Source of the DNA: Escherichia phage ECP_WGS_SA1
Sequence record: PQ604604
DNA length: 64,000 nt
Direction: 5' to 3' (one strand)
Shown here: positions 1 through 9,145 of the stretch, one piece after another
Layout of the letters: each line of letters starts with the position of its first letter
How positions within the stretch are numbered: position 1 is the first letter of the stretch
Notes under the pieces: generated by a model
The model's database searches: none
Told to the model about the DNA's origin: nothing
The model's input: only the letters and a program-made list of their open reading frames with translations
Translations under genes and position numbers: made by a program

Positions 1-328
1 NNNNNNNNNNNNNNNNNNNNNNNNTGATCCTGTGCCNCCCATGGAAGTTGGGACGATGCTTTGATCAGCNNNNNNNNNNNNNNNNNNNNNNNNNNNNNNN
101 NNNNNNNNNNNNNNNNNNNNNNNNNNNNNNNNNNNNNNNNNNNNNNNNNNNNNNNNNNNNNNNNNNNNNNNNNNNNNNNNNNNNNNNNNNNNNNNNNNNN
201 NNNNNNNNNNNNNNNNNNNNNNNNNNNNNNNNNNNNNNNNNNNNNNNNNNNNNNNNNNNNNNNNNNNNNNNNNNNNNNNNNNNNNNNNNNNNNNNNNNNN
301 NNNNNNNNNNNNNNNNNNNNNNNNNNNN

Positions 329-725
329 GATGCACCAGCATTTGCTGATTGATGATATTGACCAAACCATGAACCAGTCAAGGCATTGAGATTTATTCCG
401 TTAGGAATCTCTCCAAAGTTTCGGACAGTACCCGTCAAAGTTGCGGCAGTGGTTCGAATAGAAAGCATGTCGCCAGCCGCCCATGCACGCGCTGCAGTTC
501 CTTCCTGTGCACGCTGCACGGTCAGGACGTTTCCAACAACGGCTGTTACTGTGACGATTTCGAATTGGAGGCCTGTTGCGGCGTCAACGATTGTCGCCAC
601 TACACGCTCGTTTGCGCCCAAGGTCGGAAAGCCCGACCCTGAGCGAATTGTGATTGTGGTGTCTGAAGTCGTCGTTGGCTGAGCGAGCGCGACCTCAAAG
701 TTGTTTTTGAATATTAGCCTTGGCA
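329..725 (-). CDS. Tail fibre protein, N-terminal part (partial; runs into N-gap)
   Basis: Minus-strand ATG at 725 with GAGGA RBS; translation MPRLIFKNNFEVALAQ...TVQRAQEGTAARAWAAGD resembles the conserved N-terminal domain of phage tail fibres; not in ORF track because it enters N-run. Confidence 0.5.
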
Positions 726-764
726 TTTTACGGTCCTCGTTTTGTCGACAACCGTATTATAACC

Positions 765-1106
765 TTAATTTCTTTTGAGAGGAATATGACGGTTGCTGTC
801 ATTATTTGGTTTAATAATGAGCATAAAAACGATTAGAAAGATGATGGCTGATATACTTAATTCAATCAGAGCGGCTTGAGATATGGATTGGTCTTCGTGA
901 TACTGCTTTTGCATTTCCGCTTTCTTCTGAGCGCAAACTTCAGGTGATATATAATCGCCTTTTGAGTTGCCATAATAAATCTCGCCATTCTCAGAAATAA
1001 GTCTGCCGCAAATATCAGTTTCAGCCTTTGCGCTTGACATCATAATGACGGTGCCGATGATAGCGGCAATTGTCCAGATTAGCAGTTGTGATAAAGTGTT
1101 GTTCAT
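765..1106 (-). CDS. Small membrane protein (N- and C-terminal hydrophobic segments)
   Basis: Internal start MNNTLSQLLIWTIAAIIGTVIMMSSAKA with AGAGG RBS; C-terminal hydrophobic stretch. Confidence 0.45.
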   Translation of the reverse strand: MNNTLSQLLIWTIAAIIGTVIMMSSAKAETDICGRLISENGEIYYGNSKGDYISPEVCAQKKAEMQKQYHEDQSISQAALIELSISAIIFLIVFMLIIKPNNDSNRHIPLKRN

Positions 1107-1302
1107 GATAACCTCTTTAAATTCCCTTCCCACATCGGGAAGGGTGAATATTATTTTAAACGAAAGAATAGGCGCGTGCCACACAGAGAGTCCCAACGGC
1201 CTTCGCCGTCCCATATCGAACCAACGCCAGCAGTGATTGGGCCAGCAGAATTGGCGGCATTGGCCCAAGCGAGACGTTTCAACTTCCAACTGCACCAACG
1301 AT

Positions 1303-1536
1303 TCACAGTTCACCTCCAGATTGCAAAACAAGTCCCGCATAGAGGATTGCTAAAGCTAAAGGCGCACCACTTCCAGCTTCTCTATTCTCTTTGATTTGAA
1401 GAGTGTCCTTAAGGAATTGCAGCTGAACGTTGAATTCATTTTCAATTCCAAGCACTCCAGCTAATTCTTTTACAGAATCTGCATATGCCTTGTCTAGCAC
1501 TTCTTTTGGTACTGTTAAAGTCAATTCATTTGCCAT
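1303..1536 (-). CDS. Hypothetical protein
   Basis: ORF with GGAG upstream of MANELTLTV start. Confidence 0.4.
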   Translation of the reverse strand: MANELTLTVPKEVLDKAYADSVKELAGVLGIENEFNVQLQFLKDTLQIKENREAGSGAPLALAILYAGLVLQSGGEL

Positions 1537-1747
1537 TTTCTTTCCACTCCACAAATGCACTTCCACTTGTTTCTCTATTTAGCAGGTATCTGCCGCGCAT
1601 TCCATGAAGGCTGAACTCAACCGTCGATGGATTAGATTTTGAAAGCCACATCGCTTGACCGTCGAACGGTCCGCCAACGCATGTGTATTTAGCCTTTGGC
1701 TCACTCCTTTTGGGTCGCTTTGCCCGCTCTTTGATTGATAGTCTCAT
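1526..1747 (-). CDS. Hypothetical basic protein
   Basis: ORF in operon-like array; lysine/arginine-rich N-terminus. Confidence 0.4.
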   Translation of the reverse strand: MRLSIKERAKRPKRSEPKAKYTCVGGPFDGQAMWLSKSNPSTVEFSLHGMRGRYLLNRETSGSAFVEWKENGK

Positions 1748-1962
1748 CAGTCTTCACCTTGAGATTCCAGACAAGTAAGAACAAGCCACGTCATCGGAAG
1801 AATCAAAACCAGAGAAATAAGGGACCAGATGGACCAGCACAAGATGACAGACTTGAATGTGTGAACGTCGCCAAACGCAGCAGTGAAACAAAATCCCATC
1901 ACGAAAGCAAGCACAGTGGAGTGATTATCAATAGCTTTGATGGCACGGTCAATGAGTTTCAT
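1747..1962 (-). CDS. Small membrane protein (holin-like size)
   Basis: GGAGG RBS; two hydrophobic helices in 71 aa. Confidence 0.45.
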   Translation of the reverse strand: MKLIDRAIKAIDNHSTVLAFVMGFCFTAAFGDVHTFKSVILCWSIWSLISLVLILPMTWLVLTCLESQGED

Positions 1963-2036
1963 ATTACCTCCGGTTTTGAGTTAATATGATTATAACGCAG
2001 AGCTTCAGAAAGGCAAACTTTTTGTGAATTTANNNT

Positions 2037-2063
2037 AAAAAAATGGCCAGANNGNNTCTGGCC
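2037..2063 (-). terminator. Hairpin with T-run on minus strand (loop N-masked)
   Basis: GGCCAGA-loop-TCTGGCC preceded by A7 on plus strand. Confidence 0.3.
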
Positions 2064-2139
2064 AAAAGATCACCCTTTATCCACTACTAAGCTGGAATCA
2101 TAATTTTACTTGATATAGCTGTCGCAAGCAAACTATAAT

Positions 2140-3600
2140 ATGAATAAAATATTAACACATAATTGGAAAGTCATGTACCAGTTGAATCCTGCTTTAAGAG
2201 AAGTCTGGAAGACGAAAGCGCGATACAAAGTTATATACGGCGGTCGTGCATCTTCCAAATCGCATGATGCCGCTGGTTTTGCTATTTATTTGGCGGCAAA
2301 TTTTAAATTAAAATTCCTTTGCGTTCGACAATTCCAGAACAAGATTTCTGAATCAGTATATACGCTATTAAAAGACAAAATAGAAATTTCTGATTTCAAA
2401 GATGAGTTCAACTTATTAAAGAACTCCATTGAACACAAAAGAACAAAATCTGAATTCTTATTTTACGGTATCGCACGCAACGTTGACGAAATCAAATCAA
2501 CAGAAGGTGTTGACGTTCTTTGGCTTGAAGAAGCGCACGCGCTGACTGAAGAGCAGTGGGATATTATTGAGCCGACAATTCGTAAGGAAGGGTCCGAAAT
2601 ATGGATCATATTTAACCCTGATGAAGAGGCTGATTTCGTCTACCAGAACTTTGTTATGCGACCGCCTAAAAATGCCATCGTTAAGAAAATTAACTGGCAG
2701 GACAATCCATTCTTGTCGCAAACAATGCTGGACGTTATCGCTGGCATGTATGAGCGCGACCCGAAAAAGGCAGAACACGTTTATGGCGGAGTACCGAAGA
2801 CAGGCGGCGACAAGTCGGTCATCAACCGTGCATTCGTCAAGGCCGCGCTAAACCTCCACAAACACCCTACGTTGGGATGGAGGTTGTCAGGGTCTAACCG
2901 TATAGGCTTTGACGTGGCAGACGACGGCGACGACTTAAACGCCACAGCATTTGTCACGGGCAACGTATTGCGCGGCATCAAGACATGGGAAGGTCTGGAA
3001 GATGAATTGCTTAAGTCCGCAAGCGGAGTTTGGAAAGATGCATTAACATTCGGCGCATCAATTACCTATGACGCCATCGGTGTTGGTGCATTTGCTGGTT
3101 CAAAATTTGATGAGCTTAATGAGTATGCAATCCATGAAAATCCAACATTCCCAAGAATCGAATTTAATGCGTTCAACGCGCAAGGTGCTGTTGATGATCC
3201 TGATGACGTCTTCCTTGAGTTACCACACGTTGAAATACTCAATAAAGACCATTTCGCAAACATAAAAGCGCAAAAATGGACTGAGATTGCCGAACGATTC
3301 AGGAAGACATATGAGTATGCAACAGGGCAGGCCGTATACCCGACTGATGAGCTGATTTCCATCGACACAGACGGCATTCCAGAACTTGGGATTCCTGCTT
3401 GGTCTGCGGAAGAAATTGAGACATTTCTTTTTGAGATGTCAGCGCCGCGCAAAGACACGTCTGTGCTTGGTAAGTTTAAAGTTGAATCGAAAAAGGATAT
3501 GGCAAAGCGTGGAGTCAAATCGCCTAACAAAGCGGACGCAGCAATCATGGCGTTGATGAAACCAATTGTTGCAGCATCCGGCTTCTTCTCTAACCTTTAA
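2140..3600 (+). CDS. terL: Terminase large subunit
   Basis: Walker A-like KVIYGGRASSKSH near N-terminus, acidic nuclease-like C-terminal half; true start may be Met at 2173. Confidence 0.85.
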   Translation: MNKILTHNWKVMYQLNPALREVWKTKARYKVIYGGRASSKSHDAAGFAIYLAANFKLKFLCVRQFQNKISESVYTLLKDKIEISDFKDEFNLLKNSIEHKRTKSEFLFYGIARNVDEIKSTEGVDVLWLEEAHALTEEQWDIIEPTIRKEGSEIWIIFNPDEEADFVYQNFVMRPPKNAIVKKINWQDNPFLSQTMLDVIAGMYERDPKKAEHVYGGVPKTGGDKSVINRAFVKAALNLHKHPTLGWRLSGSNRIGFDVADDGDDLNATAFVTGNVLRGIKTWEGLEDELLKSASGVWKDALTFGASITYDAIGVGAFAGSKFDELNEYAIHENPTFPRIEFNAFNAQGAVDDPDDVFLELPHVEILNKDHFANIKAQKWTEIAERFRKTYEYATGQAVYPTDELISIDTDGIPELGIPAWSAEEIETFLFEMSAPRKDTSVLGKFKVESKKDMAKRGVKSPNKADAAIMALMKPIVAASGFFSNL

Positions 3601-3603
3601 CAA

Positions 3604-3843
3604 TTAAAGCATTCCGTGCTGAAGGTCGAGTTTTCTTGCGGCAAACGACCTGGCACGGAATCGCTTACCCGCCCTTACTGCCTGTCGAATCTTCTTTTGC
3701 AAACACTTACGATCAAAATCGTTGCGGTCGACGGCTTCGAGTAAATCACGACGCAGAGCACCCAGTGTCGACTTTTCAGAGACTTCAACGCCCAGCGCGG
3801 CTGCAACGTCTTTCAAAACATCGAGTTCGGTTAAAGTTCTCAT
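3604..3843 (-). CDS. Hypothetical protein (opposite-strand insert between terL and portal)
   Basis: AAGGGGA RBS; start overlaps stop of upstream gene (ATGA). Confidence 0.45.
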   Translation of the reverse strand: MRTLTELDVLKDVAAALGVEVSEKSTLGALRRDLLEAVDRNDFDRKCLQKKIRQAVRAGKRFRARSFAARKLDLQHGML

Positions 3844-4256
3844 TTGATAATCCCCTTGATGTCTGATTCTGCCATAAAGATTGGAGTTCCGCCGCCAGGA
3901 ACAATCGAGCGCGTGACTTTATCAAACATATCGTTTTCTTCAACTTGAATACGATAGAATTTATTTTTGGATGAAGATGGGCACAATCCCATAAATTTGC
4001 CGATTCCGCGAACGCATTCATCTTCAAAGTATACTGTTTCACCTTGAATTGAGTCGATGTTGTCTACTGGATAGACCTTGCGGCCCAACAACCACTCATC
4101 CAAAGTCGCCTGCAAGACGTTGCGCGCATCTAAAATCCACGGGTCAATAATAGCACCTTCGTATCGCGCAGCAGTGGCCTTTGCCAGTTCTTCATATTCG
4201 CATACGTTAACGACTTCGCCTTTATGCAAGACGACAAATACAATTGTTGTGCTCAT
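3840..4256 (-). CDS. Hypothetical protein (opposite-strand insert)
   Basis: AAGGAG RBS 7 nt upstream of ATG; 138 aa. Confidence 0.55.
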   Translation of the reverse strand: MSTTIVFVVLHKGEVVNVCEYEELAKATAARYEGAIIDPWILDARNVLQATLDEWLLGRKVYPVDNIDSIQGETVYFEDECVRGIGKFMGLCPSSSKNKFYRIQVEENDMFDKVTRSIVPGGGTPIFMAESDIKGIIK

Positions 4257-4351
4257 TTCAATCTCCTTTCGTTTGGTTAACTAAAATATAACTCAAAATG
4301 ATACAAAAGCAAAATATTTTATGAACTATTTATGATCACCATACATATCAT

Positions 4352-4380
4352 TTGCTTACAAACACATGAATATTTATAAT
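4352..4380 (+). promoter_or_regulatory. Sigma70-like promoter upstream of portal
   Basis: TTGCTT - 17 nt - TATAAT. Confidence 0.55.
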
Positions 4381-4418
4381 ATAGATTGATTCCCTTTCAC
4401 TGTCAGGTGGCGTTAACA

Positions 4419-6794
4419 ATGAAAATTCTTGGCATAAAACTCTGGGAGAAGACGCAACCAGAAGCCGAACCAGCGGAGATGCCGCCAGGCGACCCATTGG
4501 CACCGTTTGAACGCCTTGAAAGGCGCGGCAGCGGTCAACGCTGGGAAAAGACTGAAAGCAATCGACCTACCTTTAAAACGGTTGATGACTTCCCTTTGTA
4601 TGAGCCTGATATTAATGGCGACGGTGTTGCTATCATAAAAGGTCGTTCAGTCGATTCCGCAACAGTATCCAAAAAAGTTATGGATAATGCCTTGAAGAAC
4701 ATCAGTTCAGAAGGGCAGGTCAACCCATACACAGTACCTATTCAACTTCAAAACTGGTATTTGTCACAGTCATTCATCGGCTATCAAGCTTGCGCAATCA
4801 TCGCGCAGCACTGGCTGGTGAACAAAGCGTGTTCCATGGTAGGCCGCGATGCAGTCCGTAAAGGCTGGGAAGTCAAATCCAGTTCTGAGTCCGAATTATC
4901 AGTGCAGGCCAGCGAACGCCTAAAGCAAATTGATAAAGAATTTAATATCAAAGAGCACTTAGTTGAAGCCGAACGATTCAAAAATATTTTTGGTATCCGC
5001 GTCATCATATTTGATGTGCGTAGCGATGACCCAGAATACTACAGTAAACCTTTTAACATTGATGGTGTGACAAAGGGGTCTTATAAGGGGATCATTCAGG
5101 TTGACCCTTATTGGATGATGCCATTTCTGACGTCTGAAAACACCGCCGACCCTGCTTCACAGCACTTTTATGATCCAGAATACTGGGTGATCAGCGGACA
5201 ACGTTATCATCGCAGCCACCTCATAATATTGCGCAACGATGAGCCAGCTGATATTCTTAAGCCGACTTACATCTACGGCGGCATTCCTCTAACTCAGCAG
5301 ATTTATGAACGCATCTATGCCGCTGAACGTACCGCTAACGAAGCACCATTGTTGGCGATGTCTAAACGTACAACGACACTACGGACCGACGTTGACAAGG
5401 CGATTGCCAATGAGCGGTCTTTTGCCGAACGCCTGATGATGTGGATTAAGTACCGCGACAACTATGCTGTTAAGGTACTTGGCCAAAAAGAAGAAATGGA
5501 CCAGTTCGACATCAACTTGTCAGACTTCGACAGCATCATCATGAACCAGTACCAGCTGGTGGCCGCAATCGCAAAAGTTCCGTCGACCAAACTGCTTGGT
5601 ACTTCGCCAAAAGGCTTTAACGCCACTGGTGAATTTGAGATGGTCAGCTATCACGAAGAGTTGGAAACGTGCCAGCAGCATGACCTGACAAAAATTCTCG
5701 ACCGCCATTACAAAATCCTTCTCAAATCAGAAGGGGTGGAAGTCGACGTTAAGGTTGCATGGGAACCAGTTGGCTCACTTACTGCTACTCAACTTGCAGA
5801 AATCAACGACAAGCGAGCTAACACTGGCAAAACTCTCATTGATGCTGGCGTCATTTCTCCTGATGAAGAGCGCGACCGCATCAAAGACGACAAAAACAGC
5901 GGTTACAACCGTCTGCCGGAAGATGCAGCAGAAGAAACCCCAGGGATGTCTCCAGAGAATATGGCATTGCTTGGCAAGTCTGCTGGTGAAGTCCTGCAAG
6001 GTAAGGCTGATATTGAACAGGCAAAAGCTGATGTCGTTAAGATGGGCGGCCAGTTCTACAGTGAAACAGGTATTATGCCAGAAGGTGCCGCGCGTGGTGA
6101 GTTGGCGGAAAACCCTGACAGAGCACCTGTCGAAATTAACATGGACGATACCGATGATGAATCAAACCATCAGGTTGATGTCCTAACGCAGTTGAAAGAA
6201 GGTCTGGAGGGTATTGCGGATTACTACCTGAAAGAAGGTCAGGATGTGGATTTTGACCCTCAAAAAGATTCACGGTCGGTGCAGCCGTCTACCCTTCCAA
6301 GCGTCAAAGGTAATGTCGTAAACTTACGACACAACGTTGGCAAGATGGACGCAGCATCATTACCTAAGATGAAGTTGCACGGAATGATTCTTGGGATTGA
6401 GAACCCTCGCAACAGCATCCGTAGAGGAAATAGCCTTGACGGTGAATGGGCAGTCAAGATGCCGCACCATTACGGATTCATCAAAGGCACCAAGGGCGCG
6501 GACGGCGATGAAGTCGACTGCTTTGTTGGCACAAATCTGAAGTCGCCGAAGGTCTTTATCGTGAACCAAAACGATAACTACTCTGGCGAGTTCGATGAAC
6601 ACAAGTGCATGCTTGGATTCGATTCAGCAGAAGAAGCAAAAGAAGCTTATCAGGCATCATTTGGTAACGGTTGGAACGGATTCGACTCAATCCACGAATT
6701 AGATGTGAACTCATTCAAAGAGTGGTTGAAGGGTGATTGCTCTCAAGCATACGGAGCACTCAATAATCCTACTAATTCACCGAAGCAAGGTTGA
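4419..6794 (+). CDS. Portal protein with C-terminal extension
   Basis: Position right after terL region, size, portal-like central region; AGGTGG RBS before MKILGIKLW. Confidence 0.75.
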   Translation: MKILGIKLWEKTQPEAEPAEMPPGDPLAPFERLERRGSGQRWEKTESNRPTFKTVDDFPLYEPDINGDGVAIIKGRSVDSATVSKKVMDNALKNISSEGQVNPYTVPIQLQNWYLSQSFIGYQACAIIAQHWLVNKACSMVGRDAVRKGWEVKSSSESELSVQASERLKQIDKEFNIKEHLVEAERFKNIFGIRVIIFDVRSDDPEYYSKPFNIDGVTKGSYKGIIQVDPYWMMPFLTSENTADPASQHFYDPEYWVISGQRYHRSHLIILRNDEPADILKPTYIYGGIPLTQQIYERIYAAERTANEAPLLAMSKRTTTLRTDVDKAIANERSFAERLMMWIKYRDNYAVKVLGQKEEMDQFDINLSDFDSIIMNQYQLVAAIAKVPSTKLLGTSPKGFNATGEFEMVSYHEELETCQQHDLTKILDRHYKILLKSEGVEVDVKVAWEPVGSLTATQLAEINDKRANTGKTLIDAGVISPDEERDRIKDDKNSGYNRLPEDAAEETPGMSPENMALLGKSAGEVLQGKADIEQAKADVVKMGGQFYSETGIMPEGAARGELAENPDRAPVEINMDDTDDESNHQVDVLTQLKEGLEGIADYYLKEGQDVDFDPQKDSRSVQPSTLPSVKGNVVNLRHNVGKMDAASLPKMKLHGMILGIENPRNSIRRGNSLDGEWAVKMPHHYGFIKGTKGADGDEVDCFVGTNLKSPKVFIVNQNDNYSGEFDEHKCMLGFDSAEEAKEAYQASFGNGWNGFDSIHELDVNSFKEWLKGDCSQAYGALNNPTNSPKQG

Positions 6795-6795
6795 T

Positions 6796-7647
6796 ATGGC
6801 TTTTAAGGCTTCGAAAAAACGTGAACGCCGCTCACCCGATAGAATCGGGCGCGGAAGTCCGATAATCCCATCAAACGCTATTGCGATGGCCTACCGTCGT
6901 GAGATGAAAGGTCTTTGCTATGCGATGATTGATGACTATCAGGCAGGCATTTCAGAATGGCTTGACAAGAAGCAGGTGCAGAAGTTTTTTGCGCAAGACT
7001 CTGCTGATTCGACATTCCAGACCCTTATGAAACGGCTGCAACTGAAATGGGCAAAGGCGTTTGCACGTGTTGGGTCGAAGATTGCCGCTGATTTTATCAA
7101 ATCGGTCGAAAAGGGTGCCACTTCTGCTACATTCGCAAGCCTTAAGTCCGCAGGCATAGAAGCGCCAAAGGCCACATATAACAAATTCGTTGAGAACACT
7201 CTTAGAACAAGCGAGAAGTTTAACACGACTCTAGTGACTAAGGTCGGCGAGGATATTCACAACAGAGTGTACGAAGCAGTCATGCTTTCGCTGACTTCTC
7301 CCGACCCAGCCCAGCAAGGCACGTCAGGCATTCAGGCGGCATTGCGAAACGTAAAACACTTCTCTGCAAAGAGAGTCGACTTGATCGCTAAAGACCAGAC
7401 AAGCAAATTGTATTGCGTTCTAAGCGATGAAAGGATGCGCCAGAATGGAGTCGAAGAATTTGAGTGGGCGCACTCAGGAGCAGGAAAGGAGCCGCGAATA
7501 TCTCATGAACATGTCGACGGAATGAGATTCAAACTTGATGACAAGCGACTATGGGAAGTGGGCGGAGAATTGAAGTTCAAAAAGGGTGACATCGGTCCTC
7601 CTGGATGGGCGATACACTGCAAGTGCAGAAAAATACCAATCATTTGA
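6796..7647 (+). CDS. Head morphogenesis protein (Mu F-like minor head protein)
   Basis: C-terminal motif EFEWAHSGAGKEPRISHEHVDG typical of Mu gpF/SPP1 gp7 family; start overlaps portal stop. Confidence 0.75.
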   Translation: MAFKASKKRERRSPDRIGRGSPIIPSNAIAMAYRREMKGLCYAMIDDYQAGISEWLDKKQVQKFFAQDSADSTFQTLMKRLQLKWAKAFARVGSKIAADFIKSVEKGATSATFASLKSAGIEAPKATYNKFVENTLRTSEKFNTTLVTKVGEDIHNRVYEAVMLSLTSPDPAQQGTSGIQAALRNVKHFSAKRVDLIAKDQTSKLYCVLSDERMRQNGVEEFEWAHSGAGKEPRISHEHVDGMRFKLDDKRLWEVGGELKFKKGDIGPPGWAIHCKCRKIPII

Positions 7648-7654
7648 GGTCATT

Positions 7655-8575
7655 ATGACGATACCAATCAGCACGTTTCCTCTATCTGGACAAACGCCAG
7701 TATTGCCTGCTGTATATGCTAACGGCTTGGCGATTGTTTCAGAATTCACATCCGATAAAAACCTGATTGTTCCATTGAGTCCGCCATTGGCGTCTGGATA
7801 CAATTCAGTTGGCCAATTCTTTATGATCGGTAATGATGGCGATTCTACCAGCAAACCGAATCTGACACTTTCAGTTCCAAAAATGAACATAACAGACGTG
7901 CAGACTGGTTTAACTGCATCTACAATCACCATCGCTTTTGGAGAAGCAGTGATTATAGGCATGGAGTCTGGAGGGTCCAAGAATGCTGTCGCCGTTAAGG
8001 TAGTCAAATCCAGCGGCAACCAATACACGCTACCAGCGGCAACGGCTTCTGTTCTCGGCGGCGTAAAAATAGGAAGTGGCATAAGCGTTGCAGGTGACGG
8101 TACAATTAGCGTTACTCAATACTCGTTACCGATTGCATCAGCATCAGTATTGGGAGGCGTAAAGGTAGGCACGACACTATCAATTGATGGTTCTGGAGTC
8201 CTTAATGCTGCAGCAAGCACTGTCCAAAACGCAAGCAATAGCGTAAGCAATCCTCCGACAACTTTGGTGAATCTGGCGACCTTAAACCTGCCTGCAGGGA
8301 AATGGCTTGTGACAGCAAGTCAGTTGACTGTCGCGACAGCAGGAGTTCAAGCGAATACCGGAATTACAGTCAAACTGTCAACAAGCAATTCAGATATTAC
8401 GGATGATGCATTTACGATGTCAGCTGGCATTCGTGCTGCAGGTCGTTTCGGCGGCAATATTCCAACAAAGATAATTACTCTTGCCGCGCCTGGCAACGTG
8501 TATCTAAACTATCAATGCACAGACGCATTGACATCTACCGTTTACGGACAGATCACCGCAATTAAGTTGAACTAA
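7655..8575 (+). CDS. Fibre-repeat protein (head fibre or decoration candidate)
   Basis: Internal repeats ASVLGGVKIG / ASVLGGVKVG resembling phage tail-fibre repeats; GAGGT RBS. Confidence 0.55.
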   Translation: MTIPISTFPLSGQTPVLPAVYANGLAIVSEFTSDKNLIVPLSPPLASGYNSVGQFFMIGNDGDSTSKPNLTLSVPKMNITDVQTGLTASTITIAFGEAVIIGMESGGSKNAVAVKVVKSSGNQYTLPAATASVLGGVKIGSGISVAGDGTISVTQYSLPIASASVLGGVKVGTTLSIDGSGVLNAAASTVQNASNSVSNPPTTLVNLATLNLPAGKWLVTASQLTVATAGVQANTGITVKLSTSNSDITDDAFTMSAGIRAAGRFGGNIPTKIITLAAPGNVYLNYQCTDALTSTVYGQITAIKLN

Positions 8576-8586
8576 AGAGGAAGTTA

Positions 8587-8724
8587 TGCAAAAGATTATT
8601 CAGTCACGTTACGTTAAAGTGCGAAATATTAATTGCAACTCTTTGCTTTCTTGGAAATGGGCTGTTTACGACTCGATGATGATTGGCGTTTTAGTTGCTG
8701 GAGTGCTTTTTAATATTCACTGAA
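8587..8724 (+). CDS. Small hydrophobic peptide (45 aa)
   Basis: AGAGGA RBS; single predicted TM helix (WAVYDSMMIGVLVAGVLFNI); below ORF-track size cutoff. Confidence 0.4.
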
Positions 8725-8759
8725 TCGCCTGGCAATGGATTGCCGCAGGATTTTACGCG

Positions 8760-9035
8760 TATAATGACGTATCATCCGTATCAAGTAAGTAGTTGTTTTC
8801 AAAAGAATCTTACGGATGATACGGATGATACGCGTTGCCGCGATACTTTATAGGAATTCAAAAAAAATAAAATAAAATTATATATCTAATTTAATTTTAT
8901 TTTTTTATAAACTCTTATATATGAAAAGTATCCGTATCATCCGTATCATCCGTAGCACACCAGTGATAGCGCGGCTTATACACCGATACGGATAAAAATA
9001 CGCCTCATTTTATCCGTATCATCCGTATCACACTA
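8760..9035. repeat. Iteron-like repeat island (GATGATACG units in both orientations around AT-rich palindrome)
   Basis: CTTACGGATGATACGGATGATACGCG at 8809, inverted copies at 8768, 8929, 9011; AT-rich palindrome 8861-8905. Confidence 0.6.
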
Positions 9036-9087
9036 ATTAAGGCGCGGCTATATCGGTTGTTATACATATTCAAACCATAATTATTGT

Positions 9088-9116
9088 TTGCCTAAGTTTT
9101 TTTCATTAGATATAAT
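9088..9116 (+). promoter_or_regulatory. Sigma70-like promoter upstream of protease/scaffold-capsid genes
   Basis: TTGCCT - 17 nt - TATAAT, about 25 nt before RBS. Confidence 0.55.
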
Positions 9117-9145
9117 ACACAATACTTATTTGAGGGTGGATGCGA

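Noticed and set aside
386-682. Plus-strand 98-aa ORF at left edge
   Set aside because: Opposite strand carries a fibre-like gene with a good RBS; the plus ORF is an antisense artefact
2109-2138. TTGATA-18-TATAAT promoter directly abutting the annotated terL start
   Set aside because: The -10 would place the transcript start after the 2140 ATG; kept only as a hint that terL may start at the Met at 2173
8760-9035. Possible CRISPR array suggested by repeated GATGATACG units
   Set aside because: Units occur in both orientations with irregular spacing and no spacer-repeat periodicity; no cas genes nearby
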